The translations under genes and the position numbers were made by a program. The notes under the pieces were generated by a model. That model saw only the letters and a program-made list of their open reading frames with translations. It was not told where the DNA came from and searched no databases. Positions 17,285 through 29,931 of a stretch of DNA of 64,000 nt are shown in pieces; the first letter of the stretch is position 1, and every line of letters starts with the position of its first letter. Source of the stretch: Nitrospirales bacterium (GTDB taxonomy: Bacteria > Nitrospirota > Nitrospiria > Nitrospirales > UBA8639); NCBI GenBank assembly GCA_965203295.1, contig CBDBCZ010000013.1, forward strand, positions 800,001 through 864,000, written 5' to 3'.

Positions 17285-19500
17285 TACTCCAGGCTAATCT
17301 AACCCCGAGCCTCACATTGCTGTTGTACCCACCCATTCCTAACCCATATAATGTGTTCCGTATTAGCTATAGATTGGAAAGTACCTCTTGGTTGTATTTC
17401 AGTCTGTTCCGAGTCCATCTAATCCCGAGCTTCACATTACTATTAATAATGTCTAGGCTTACGTACATACTCTCAGCCTGTTTAATTTGTTGATTTGGCC
17501 CATATTCGAAAAGTCTAAGTTCAAGTTTGAAAAAATCCCATGTTTGTACTGCATGCAAGCTGTCTGGAGTCCATCTAACCTCGAGCCTCACATTATATAC
17601 AAATTCCCAGCCCATTTGATTTGATGTGGCTCCATATTTAATTTAGAATACTTAGTTAATTGAAAACACCTCCTGGTTTTACATGTATTTCAGGTTGTTC
17701 TGAGTCCAAGCCGCACATTGCTATAATATACCCATTCCCAGCCCTTTTTGTTTAGGGATATACATGGCTCCATAGTAGAATACATTGTAAAGCACCGCTA
17801 GTTGTACTCCAGGCTACCCCAAGTCCATACAGTCTAGAATAAGACCTCACGTTCGTGTATTATTTAAAGACCAAGCCTATTTTATATTGGGCTTATGGCG
17901 GCGCCAACGGGGCGGGAAGGCCCAAAAATGGAGCTTCGCGTTTGCGTTCATATCTCGGAGAAGAAAGCGTATCTACATAAGATCCGCATATTGCATGAAA
18001 GTTCAACCTTTGCTGGTTCCGATGGTACCCAGCATTAGTGTGAGCTCGGCCTTTTTCGAGGCCCTACGAGCAAAAAGCGGCTGCCAATCAGAAAAAAGTG
18101 GGTTTTTTCCATTTTCTGAGCAAAGTGGTGCAAACGTTGCCAGCAGTAAGATTTCAGTGCAGCATCAACGAGCACAAGTTGAATCGAATGAAAAATCAAG
18201 TCCGGAGTCAATCGGCCTCGGAATGGCTGAGATACAAGCCATTAAATTCAGAAGCTGAAAACTGGGAAACACGGGTAGGGCTTACACAAAAAACTAGGAA
18301 TGCTTCTGATATAACTCCACAGCGAAAATAATGCACTAGTTCCTGGACTCTTTTTCCCAGAAGATCTTTCCTACAGCTCTTGTACTTCGTCTTCAATGGT
18401 GGCTTTTGCCAATTCGACTTTTCAGCCATTTTCAGCCTTCCATTTTCTGAGCAAACCGGTGCAAAGTCTCTGAGAACCTCGAAACTCGTACCAGATGTTG
18501 CTTTCCACGTGAACTAGTGGATGCAAGTGGTTTGGAATACAAACGATCGGGATTCTTGAAGATCTGGGGAAAAAAGGGACGAAAATCGAACATCTGGACC
18601 CCCAAACTTTGAGTTCAAAGTTCACACTTCCGCGTGGGTGTACGCATACCATCACGATTACCTAGGCAACCGCGGCGTGCGCAAGCCTGGAGTGCTCTTT
18701 AATTAGCGTATGTAGCCGTGAGAATTGCATTTGCGGGGCTGTATCTTGCAAGAACGAACTGTAAGGTGATGAGCTGTTCCTCTACGCGTGTTGCGACTCT
18801 GTTAAGAGCATTCCTCAGAGCGATTCCGCCAGTGTAAGTGAGATTTGCCTTGATGGTAGCCTGATATCTCGACTAGCAAGCCCGTTCTTAGTATCATTGC
18901 TCACTAGCCCCCGTCTAGCACTCCATCTCCTGTTAGCCGACTATTTTACAGCTATAGCTACTACTTCAGTACCTTCATGTGGGCATTACAGCAGCAATTC
19001 TTCAACTCCTGCCTCGAGGCGAGCTAAAATGATTACGTCAGCGATGCGGCCGCACGTAATAATGAGCGTGGGCACTTCCTGGTTACACTTTCGTTACCGC
19101 CGGCGATTTTGTCTTTAAATTTGAGGTCTTATTCTAGACTGCATAATATCAAACCCCGAGCCTCACGTTTGGTAACGTGGCGCCATATTAATAGTCTAAA
19201 CTCAGGTTTGAAAGCATCCCACGTTTGCACATCAAACTGTTTCGAGTCCATTCATACCCGAGCCTCACATTACTTCTGTACCCATTGGATTGGATGTGAC
19301 AACATAATTATTTCATTCGAAAACATTCCCTAATTGTACTTCAGACTGTGCCAAGTGAATCTAACCTTGAACCTCACATTACCAATGTACCCATTTCCAG
19401 CCCATTCAGTTTTTTAATGTGGCTCCATCTTGAAAGTCTGAATTCAGGTTTGAAAATATCCCATACATGTTTGTACTCCAAGCTGGCTCAAATCTTATCT
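17285..19500. repeat. Degenerate tandem repeat (about 110-155 bp units, core gagtccatctaaccccgagcctcacatt) interrupted by a DNA transposon
   Basis: Core variants near 17308, 17427, 17583, 17709, 19158, 19260, 19370. Confidence 0.65.
17830..19141. mobile_element. Non-autonomous DNA transposon, 1312 bp, 20-bp perfect TIR, apparent 4-bp TSD CATA
   Basis: cata|CAGTCTAGAATAAGACCTCA ... TGAGGTCTTATTCTAGACTG|cata; sub-terminal ATTTAAAGAC / GTCTTTAAAT also inverted; no transposase ORF. Confidence 0.85.
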
Positions 19501-19534
19501 AATGTACTTTGCAATATTATGTGTCGTTCACAGC

Positions 19535-22500
19535 ATGATGGAGCCACCACCCACACTTGAGGAACTTGCAAAGAAACTTCGTATCTACCCACAACTGCTG
19601 GACCAAAAATGCTCAGATGAGCACCTCAGGAGTATCTCTCTCTTCCTGGACTGGCGGAAAATTGCTCCTCACCTTGGGCTAAGCAAGACGTGTATCGAAG
19701 CCATTGAGTTTGAGAAGAGAACGGAGGATGAGAGGAGGCTCGAAGTGCTTCAGAAGTGGAAGGCGAAGTACGGTTACAAGGCTACTTTCAAGAACCTGGC
19801 AGCTGTATTACTGAAAATAGAGAATGCTGATGATGCGGAGCGGGTATGCTGCCTACTACAGACACCAGCAGGTGCAAGTGTGTATAAGTAGAGCTCTGGT
19901 TTACCAACCATATTAAGAAACGGCTTAAAGAAGCAGAAAAGCCTGTACAATGTACTAACGCCTAGTATTAAAACCCCCATATAAATTCATATAGGCATAT
20001 GGGAGCTCATGACACATATATGCGTCATTGGTTGGTAAAGAGTTAACCTTTGCCATGTAATATGCCAATAGCTCAGTCCAAACTAATTGGCTACATTGGA
20101 CTTGGTGCATTCCTTATAATAATGTAAAACATAGCTAGGCTGCATTAGCACAGTAGAAGGGTGAGGTTGCTGATATGTCTACACCTATTTTTACACTGTC
20201 ATTATATAGTCACTCCTGGTCAAACATGCATATCTCCTCACTTCACTATGGTAGGCATTTTTTATCTATGTTTAATGTACGTTAGCTATGAAAAGCAACC
20301 ACACTTCACTCACTACAGACGTCACTTAATTACCCACAAATGGACAGCTAAAAGAAGCCCTAGGCCTGCATAATGTACAGCAGACTCTCACTTATCTAGC
20401 CTCACTGGGGCTGAGCCTAGATTGGATATGTGAACTGCATGGCTATATGTTGAACAATGCATTTTCAATACTAAGAGACAGTAGGCAGTTCTATTTAATG
20501 TACAACCATATTTTTTGAGGGAAGCTAGGCCTGATAATAATTATGTGAGATTCTACTGTAGTAGTCTTTGTGGCTGTAGTTGAGCTAGCAAAGTGAAGTG
20601 CAGAACTGCTTATAATTGAAAATGTCATCAGTTTGGTGACATGAATAATTATTTTTGCAAAATGGCTGGCTAACATCAGAAAATATTAATCAATATGGTC
20701 ACAGTAACTGAACACCTTTAGTCCAATTTTGATACTCATATATAGGCTATCTAATAGAAATGTGTTACAAGAACATGTTGGGAATATCAGAATTTTAATT
20801 ATTGATGGTTTGAGTATATAAGAGTATTCACAACTGCAGTCATGCGTGCATGAAAGGTAGACACACATTCATGAGTATAACTCAAGAGCCAACAGTACTT
20901 CAGTGTGTATACTAACAGCATTTCAAGTACTACAGAATTCAGTATGTTAATTAAACATAGTCAGGTACATTGAAGACAAATGACCCCATGGTCAAAAAAT
21001 TTAAAATTAGTGTGTGCATCATCCACAGGCAAGCACTCTTCTTCGACGGCCACTACCACTACTCCTACCACTCCAGGTGAAAACCAGCTAAGCAGTTCAG
21101 TGACAGCAGCGGAAACCGCCATCTGCAGCACTGTGGCAGAGCCATCCGAAGTCTCAGTCCAATCCCCCAAAATCGATATTGATGGGGAGATCCAGGAACT
21201 TGAAAGCCTGTTTTTGAACATTGTAAGCGAAGCTGCAGAAGACCTGACAACGGTCAAGCTTTCAAGAGTCAAGGTCTGTGTGACACAACTGCCTGTGTCT
21301 GTGAAATACCAGCACCTGCATTTTCTGGAGCATAATCGCTCAGCCATTACTAGTGCTACGAGTGTTGATGATATTCTCGCTGTTTTGGGTCTCTACTGGA
21401 ACTATCTCAACTGTGGGCTTCTGAAAGAACTAGTCTGCCGGCTTGGAAATGATGCAACCAAGCAGCTCATGGAGCAGTACATGGAGACCCTAAAGCTGTT
21501 CCGATTGAAGACCAGGCTCGGAGACTTCTTTGGCAAAGTGAGCGCAAACACACCACCTCACTTCACTACATTCATCACAAAACTAGGCGAAGGCTGGGAA
21601 GACTGCACACTCGAAGACTTGGAGCAATTCCGAAAAGAACTCGCACATTCCATGTATTTGAAGGAGTATGCTATGCACTTCAATTGTGTCGAAACAGGCT
21701 CCGTAGCAATCACCTGGGTTTTCCATAGCTCCCTACCAGAGATTACTGTCACCCTTCAGTCTGCATTTCAGCTACTGGAGTCGAAGTATAGCCTTCTGCA
21801 GGTGATATTCCAGGGAAAATGTATTCCTCAGCAGAGACCACTTGAGGTAAAGTGTTAATTAATAGTGAGCATTGAGATTATGAGGAGAGAGGTTCATTTG
21901 TACCTCCAGATTGCATGCATCACAATGTCTTGTTTAGCATTCTACTAACAAAGAAACTCCCATTATTCCCCCCTCCCCTCCTCCCCAGATTCCTCCCTTG
22001 GCCACACCTCCAGAATCAGAGAGAAGAGAACAGGAGAGCGATACCTTTGACATAATCGCTGCACTCCTGAGTATGTGTGTACACAAGCATGACTTAGTTT
22101 ACATGCATGAAATGCCGAGCTATTTCTCTAAACATACTCAATGATGATTTCACATAAGTGCTACACAGCGAGATAATCTGCCTCCTCCTACACATGTACA
22201 GATGCTGGTGTTCCCCACATTGTGGAACAGATTCTTCAGAGTCTAGATGTGAAATCATTAGTCATGTCGGAGCAGGTGTCAAGCATTTGGAGAGATGTCA
22301 TTAGAGAACTACACAGGTGGAAACATCAGATCCAGCACCATATAGAAAGCAATCCCTTGTGGATGGAGCTTTTTAAGAGAAGGGGATGGTGAGTCAAACA
22401 GTGGATGGGTACAAGTGGATCATACTCACTCATTTTGCACGCTTATGAACAAAAAGGAGCCAGGTACTTTACATGTAGCACACAGGATGCTGCTCAGAAG

Positions 22501-25500
22501 AAGGTTGTATGTATATAGATCAACTTGTTTACTTGATGTATCCAGATCTAGGTGAGAAGAGAACTGGTTTTGTCACGTCTTGCATGAGTATTCCAATCTG
22601 GAAACTAACATGAAGTGGTCATGTGACTTGTAGTACATAGCTATATGCCTCCCGTAACAAACTAAAATATGGCAGTCACCTGGGTGTGTGCTTCATGTGC
22701 AGCTGCCTGGTAATAGAATATGTATAGGAAAAGCAAGTGCATTTTAATTGCTGCTATACTGAGAAGCTAAGCTTGACTTCACCCAGATACTGTGAACAGT
22801 AGAAATATTTTCTGTCGCAGGCACAACTACCTGGATGTTCCTCCAGCTGAACAGGTCTCAAGGCAGTTCTACAGGCAGCTCCACCACAGTGCCTGCAGAG
22901 ATATCCATGTAAGGGGATGCTTTTGTGTGTTCTTACTTATCCTACATTGTTCTCTACCAGCAGTAATGTGTCATTGATCATGACTGTAGCTACAGAAATC
23001 GGTCTCTTAGATTATAAAAATCTAAATTCATTTTCATTCCATTTCCAAGTCGCTTGAGAAAAATTGGAGGAGAGGCCACTGCACCCTTACTAAGGTCAAG
23101 ACTGGCAGTCGAGTCCGGTGCCTGCAGTATGATTACAACAAAATAGTGACAGGGCATGGTGACAACACAATAAAGGTTGGTAGCTGCTGCATTACATGCA
23201 TTGTATGTTGTGAGTTGGTGAGAATTTGATGAAATCATAAAGAAGAGTGTTTGTGCTCAAGTTTTGTTTACATACTGTAGCACTGAAAAGTAGATTCAGA
23301 CGCAAGGTTCTGTGGTTAATCTCTTCTTGAACTGCTAATCAGACACACGCATACACTCTCACACGTACACCACAGATCTGGGACAGGAACACCCTACAAC
23401 TCTTGAGAGTACTGGAAGGACATAAGGATCGAGTGAATAGCCTGCAGTTCAATTCTGAAGTGATTGTATCCGGCTCGTATGATCACACAGTCAAGTTAGT
23501 TCACCCACTATCTCTCAGTACATGCTGTTCTAGCTTAATGTATGGGTATACAGTGGTTACTGACAGGACATGTGCGGCTGGTTGATGTACATGTAGACTC
23601 GTACCCAGGCCTTCCAAAGTGTGCTGTATGAGCTACTATTCTGCTATGCCACTTCTTTGTAATATATGTACGTTTTAGTTGTAATCACCCACTGTACATG
23701 TGTCTGACTCCCTGCAGGGTGTGGGATATCCTGACAGGCCAGTTGATGAATGACCTTATCCATCACAAGGGAAGAGTGTACTCACTGAAGTTTTCAACCG
23801 ACACTTTGGTTACAGGCTCTGACGTGAGTGTGTGCAGAACTGCCACAACTGTACCTTAAAGTGTTATCTCTATGGTATTGTGGAGTCCAATGAATTTTAT
23901 GCTAAACATTGATGATTGAACAGTGGGTTAGGGAAAATGATGTTATAATCTACTGCAATCTGTACACTTAGGTGGATCTGTAGTTCCACTTGATAGTTAG
24001 TCTAGCTGCTAGACCCTCCCTCTCTCCCTCAACAAAAAAAGGAAAGTAGGGAGAGGGAAGGTCTAGCAGAACTTGCAGCATTCCTTGTCATAATGTTTAG
24101 CAGGCAGTACTATATATAGCGTTATGGACTTCTAATTGATTGGTGTAAACATAACCAACTACAAACAGTACTAAGTAAACACATGCTCATGCGAAACCAC
24201 AGATCTATGATTTTAATCACTAGCAGGATTTTGGAAAGTGCAAGGTGATTGGTTATTTTGAAACCAATTTCATGCAAGTTCTGCTAGACTATATATATTT
24301 CTGGGGGAGCGTGAGGGTCTAGCAGCTTGACTACTGGATAGTTGGTTCATGTTACTCTACACACTAGTGTCACCTGTAACACTCCTTCGTAAGTCTGTCA
24401 CAATTTAAACGTGTTTCTGGACTATTATAGCAACCAATATTATTTTGATTAATGGATCTGCACTAATCAATATCGTTGCTGTGGTGTGTGCGCTTTGCCT
24501 ACAGGATGAAACAGTGGCGGTGTGGAAGATAGTGTCACCCACTGATATCACATTGAGGATGACACTTATAGGACATCAAGGCATGGTTTTGGCAGTGGAC
24601 TTGAGTGAGACCACCATTATTTCTGGATCTCATGACCAGACAATTAAGGTACAGTCACAGATGCTGTAATTTCGTGCAACGGGAAATGTTTAACACGTAT
24701 GAAAACAGTTTTGAACGTTGAATTGGATCATTAAGATGCGCTATGTGGACTGAAAAACTTGCGAATGTTGTATATATTGGTTCATGGATGCAAATGGTAT
24801 GCAGTATGTGGTATATAAGTATATATGCACGTATGCAGTCATACATGCATATAACACACACAAACAAAATCTCTATGGAACGCACTAGTGTGGAGCTCAT
24901 TTATATGCTTGCCCAATTTCAGCCTGCGCACAACAAGATCAATTCATGCTAATCCAAGCCACCCCAAGTCAACAAAACATTTTGTGACATGAGATTGTGG
25001 GAAACTTCATATTTTGTACTTGTGCATAGATTTCACTCATAATTATGGTGCTCAACATGCCCTGTGTAGCCACATTAAACAAATATACCTTCACATTAAA
25101 TTTTAATTAACATTAAAATATATCTGAAAAGGTATCTAATTTACTCAAATTAACTTTAACGACAGCATGAACCCAATTATTATTGATTTGTATAGGGTGA
25201 ATGGTTGTGTGAGTATATTTGCTAAACTAAATGGCATGTAGTTCATCATATAGTCATTAAAAAAACTTTATTTACAATGCTGGCTGGTATACTGCTGTAG
25301 GTGTGGGGTGCCTTCACTGGAGAGTTGGTGCGAACCCTTCGTGGACACAGTGATTGGGTGTGGTGTCTACAGTTGCAAGGAGACCACCTCATCAGCGGCT
25401 CTGTGGACAGCACAATAAGGTGAGATAATACCCATTAATTTTCATAGCTATTGTCCTCCTTCTGCAGTAGACAGTGATGTACTGTACTCTCATTAAACTT

Positions 25501-27038
25501 GCTTTGCTCGCTCAGCTACTTGCGTTCTCCATGCAACTATATAGTTTGCAAGGAATGTTAGCATCCACCAGCACTATACCGCTGCTGGTGGATGCTAAAC
25601 GTTCCTTACACACTAGTTGCATGGAGAGATGTGGCTATTAAAAATTAAACTGAGACATACACAAAGCCGTAGCTGTACAGTATCATTAATTTTGAGTGCT
25701 GGTAATACTGTGTAGACTTATAGTGTTTATTGTAGAGTGCATTTAGCTTTGCTTTCTAGGCACACATTCTAGGAGGTATGTCATGGGTGTGTGGCTATAA
25801 TACTCAGCAGTTTCTACCCACATTAAGCTATATTTCATGGCTATGTATGTATGTATGACTGTTGTATGAATGCATCTATCTTCATCAGAATATGGGACGT
25901 TGACACGGGAGAATGTGCACGAGTGCTACATGGGCATAATGATTTGGTCATGTAAGTAAAACACGCAGTCTCAAACTGAACCTGAAAACCATTCTCCATT
26001 TTTTCATGTCCCTGTAATGATGTAAGTATGCTAAAGTATTATTTCTGGAGCATGGCAGAATTTTTTAATCTATCAAGCCCCATTCCATCCCATAGGTGTG
26101 TCGCTGTGCACAACAAGAGAATAGTCAGTGGAAGTTATGACAGGTGAGTAGCAATAATGCATGTGTATTAATCTATTTACCACTGTGTCCTTAGTAGTTG
26201 TTGTGATGTGTCCCATTCTCTTTGTGTAGGACAATAAAATTCTGGGACCTGGCAGCAGCACTGGACACTGGTTCATCCAGTGATACTCTTTGTATTACAA
26301 CACTGAAGGTAGGGTGCCTTGAGTACACTGTTTTTAACTCATTAAAGGTAGAAGAGTGATACATCATTTGCCTTCACTAGTCTGGGCATGTTATTGATGT
26401 TTTCTTATCGTAGAAAGAGCAATGGCACTGTTTTTAGCCTCATACCTTTCCCCATGTTAGTGTGAGAACAGTGGATACATGCACTTATGGTATAGTTTTC
26501 ATACTACTGTAGCTACAATAAGCTCTCTTTAAACTTGCAGGGAGGATATTAAAATAAAAAAGTGTATTTATATCTGGGGAAAATTCACTAAGTAATTTGC
26601 TTATCCATATACAACATTTTTTTCTCTCAATACCCTCACAACTACGTAAGAGGGTATTGTGATCAGTAAACAGGAGCTGGATTTTAGTATAATACTACAA
26701 TTGTCTTTTAGGATCATTCATCTGTCCCTCTCCATGCAGGAACAAAGTGACAGGTTCCAGCCACTGGAATTTGATGATTTACAGGTTAGTAGTTGTTTGA
26801 AAGGTTATTTGTATTCGATACACAGGATACTTAGTCACAGGTATATTTTAGCATAACTGAAATTGTCTTTCAGGATCATTCATGCATGTGTTTGTCTTTA
26901 TCTTTCTCCCTGCAGGAACACAGGGATTGGGTCTCAACACTTCAATTTGATGATTACCGGGTTATTAGTGGTTATGAAGACGGAACACTAGTTATACATG
27001 ATTTTTTAGACCCTACACCACCCATCCTGAAAACCTAA
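19535..27038 (+). CDS. Death domain + helical linker domain + beta-TrCP-like F-box + 7 WD40 repeats, about 812 aa, 14 coding exons
   Basis: Exons 19535-19871, 21029-21846, 21989-22070, 22202-22388, 22821-22908, 23050-23175, 23376-23494, 23718-23823, 24505-24648, 25301-25419, 25889-25951, 26096-26143, 26230-26308, 26916-27038; all GT-AG, in phase, 2439 nt. Death domain DWRKIAPHLGLS...LEVLQKWK...ATFKNLAAVL; F-box DIIAALLNAGVPHIVEQILQSLDVKSL...LWMELFKRRGW; beta-TrCP-like SLEKNWRRG, CLQYDYNKIV, WDLAAALD...TLC, LQFDD...DFLD. Confidence 0.88.
19900..20042. mobile_element. piggyBac-like MITE, copy 1
   Basis: tttaccaacca ... tggttggtaaagag|TTAA; near-identical to 31550-31696. Confidence 0.7.
23998..24333. 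mobile_element. TAG...CTA MITE with 9-bp TSD
   Basis: cttgatagt|TAGTCTAGCTGCTAGACCCTC ... GAGGGTCTAGCAGCTTGACTA|ctggatagt (TSD 8/9). Confidence 0.8.
25527..25627. repeat. Intronic imperfect palindrome / hairpin
   Basis: tctccatgcaacta...ttagcatccaccagca-ctataccgc-tgctggtggatgctaa...tagttgcatggaga. Confidence 0.75.
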
Positions 27039-29037
27039 AGACTTGCCATTCTGTTCTCCTTGTACTGTACTGTTCTCATTTTGAGTGCTCCTATATCCCA
27101 CTACTGGTTATATCATTTATTAAATTGCTGCTGCAGTGTATTCGAAATATCAACCACTTTTCATGAATTGATGAATTATATATAGCTACTGATAAGCAAT
27201 AGCCATGTAGTGTTGGTTATTAATATTATGTGCATGTACTGTAAATCAACCTGTTATTTATGTGATATCAAATAGTTATCCTAAAGATATGACGCTAACA
27301 ATACATAACATTGTAGTGTTTCTAGCCTGAATACATGCTACGATATAGCAGACAACTTTTATGATCTTACATAATATGCTCTATAGGCAAAGTGCAGGTT
27401 CATTTGACTAAGTGCCAGTCACAATCACTAGCATAACCATTGCATGCATTAGCTACTATCTGTACTATTTTGGTCTCTTTCTTTGCCTGCATGGCTAAAA
27501 CCAGGCCCTGTAGGCACTACTCCTGCTGGCATCTGGACAATTGTAATGTTAGGTAGAATCCTATGTACCATTGTAGATGCCAATCCATGGCTATCGTGAA
27601 TAAATAGGTGAAAGGGCGGGAAAAAAGCTAACTATCACTGGTACGTAGATAGAGATATAGTCATAAATGGTATGACTGCAACAATGTACTTGTGCCTATT
27701 GCACTATGTAGTTGAGTAATTTAATTAACTGTACCCAGTCCAAACCTTTGTAGGGTATAGACGCAATCCAGCTTATTTCAGCACCCCTTACTTGCTTCAG
27801 CAGTCTCAATACACAGTCTGAGTGGTGAGTGAATGGGAGCTACGTATAGACTTGATTACAATCATAGTACAATGCGTAAACATCCAATCATTTGCCTATT
27901 AAATTGCTAACCATGACTTTGAAGCTGCACTGAAATTGATGCTAGTTGCATAGTGATATGTTGCTATTGCAAAGGCTTAGGAAAAGCACGCATCCTTTGG
28001 TACCTACTGGTAGTAGTAAAAGTTGGTTTCTTTTCTCCTTGCTGCTTCACCTGGTGACACTGCACTGCATACACTTTGCTGCTCCGTGCTCTGCTTGATT
28101 TGAATGGCACTGCACTCATATAGCTGTTTACTTTTTTCTAGTGATTCGAAAAGCATAATACAAAGGACTGAGGCTCAGGCGACGCATATGCCACTGATTC
28201 TGAAGGGTATATATATATATGTCTACCCGTCTGGAAGGCGTGAGATTAATATTGTGTCTAAACATCCATTGAGTTACGGAAACAGAAAGACCAAAAAAGT
28301 AACTTCTACAGTCTAGGTAACCCTGATGACACTGCTTCAGCATACCATTTTAGGTGTGCATGCAGCTCCCACTTCATTTTAAAAGTGCACTGGTTATTGC
28401 AGTCAGAAAGGCAGATTTGGTGGTACAATTTCTCAACGATTCCAGCAGCCGAACTGTAATTCCATGGATGTATATGTTGAAGCCATTCTCAAAAGAACAA
28501 TCATATAAACAAGACTACATGATGCCATGACTGGAGAGAGTTACTGGCTGACCCTGCCTTTCCATTCAGTGAATTTTGTATGGGCCCATTATCAGTCTTA
28601 CCATTGGCTACCTTCACATGCACAGAGGCTGGCCAACAACATGGCAACAAGACTGTAACCATGCATGTCATGGCATTACTATTCATACTTGAGGACCCTA
28701 TTGCCCACACGCAGCGGTTCTTACCTGAAAAGAACGCTTCCAAACGTTTTCCAGTAAGTACACACCAGTTTCAACTTAAAATTTCCCGCCAAAAGAATCT
28801 AAAGTACCGTTATCATTTTATTACCGTAATTATCCGAAATCATGTGTAAACGTCACATTACGTAATTCTAAATTTTAAAACCAAAAGCGATAATCTGAGC
28901 TGTGCCTAGGAGTAGGACTGTTGTGGTGGCAAGCTGTTTGAAACTTGAATATTGAGAAGCTCGGTTTTATATTGGCACGAAAATACGTGGGAATTTAGGA
29001 ATTGCATGCTGATCTTGCTGCCTAGCTACTAATAGCT

Positions 29038-29922
29038 ATGCATCTCAGCAAAGAGGAGGCTGTTTACTTCGTCACTGAAGTCCTTGGGATCAGTTCCCCG
29101 CTATGTAAGCTGGGAGAGGATCGCATGCTGTTCCTGAATGAACTCATCAAGGCCTTCTATTGCACAATCCCCTTCCAGAACATCACCCTTCTCTGCCAGT
29201 CAGAGGCAGACAGACATGTACCTGCCTGGGAGGAAAGTAAGGCAGCTGTTATGAGTGGCCGTGGAGGGCTCTGCTACACAGTGGGTGTCTTTATGATGTG
29301 CCTACTGGAGGCCTTAGGGTACGAGACATATTTACCTGCCAGTGGCATTTTCTTTCCCAACAACCATATTACTACCATTGTGCAAAACCTGACCTACCCT
29401 GGAAGTAAACACCTTGTAGATACGCTAAGTGGTTATCCAACTTTTGAGGCCATTCCTCTTGATTTTGACAAGGAATCCCCCATTTACAATCACTCCTTCT
29501 TAGAGTACAAGTTTGTCCGAGAAGGTAACACCATTCTTCGATTCCATCGGAAGGGCGAAAATCGCCCCACCCGTCCTGGTCGTGAGTACATCGTAGATGG
29601 GTGGAGAAGGGTTTGCGAGATAGACTTGGTGCCTAGAGATCTTTCCTACTTTGACCAGCCAATGAGTGACGTGTACACAAAACCTGGAGTGAATTCTCCT
29701 TTCCTTGTGAGCTTCCGTGCAGTTGTGTACAGAGAACTGAGGCTGGTGGCCATCAAGGACACCACCCTGATGCTTGAGAATGAAAAACATGAAGTGGAGG
29801 TTACAAAACTGTCGAGCCGTGATGAAATGATCAGTACTACATCCAAGTATTTCCCACAGTTCTCTGTTGAGGAAGTTACAGAGGCTATCGATTGTCTACA
29901 CTTGCTTGAACATACCTCTTGA
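29038..29922 (+). CDS. NAT: Arylamine N-acetyltransferase, copy 1 (intronless, 294 aa)
   Basis: IPFQNI, GRGGLCY (catalytic Cys), NNHI (His), HLVD (Asp): NAT-family Cys-His-Asp triad. Confidence 0.9.
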   Translation: MHLSKEEAVYFVTEVLGISSPLCKLGEDRMLFLNELIKAFYCTIPFQNITLLCQSEADRHVPAWEESKAAVMSGRGGLCYTVGVFMMCLLEALGYETYLPASGIFFPNNHITTIVQNLTYPGSKHLVDTLSGYPTFEAIPLDFDKESPIYNHSFLEYKFVREGNTILRFHRKGENRPTRPGREYIVDGWRRVCEIDLVPRDLSYFDQPMSDVYTKPGVNSPFLVSFRAVVYRELRLVAIKDTTLMLENEKHEVEVTKLSSRDEMISTTSKYFPQFSVEEVTEAIDCLHLLEHTS

Positions 29923-29931
29923 ATGTGCTAA

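Noticed and set aside
22990..23238. Minus-strand 82-aa ORF
   Set aside because: Antisense to a clear WD40 exon (23050-23175).
27100..28900. Short ORFs between the F-box gene and NAT copy 1
   Set aside because: No recognisable motifs or consistent splice structure.
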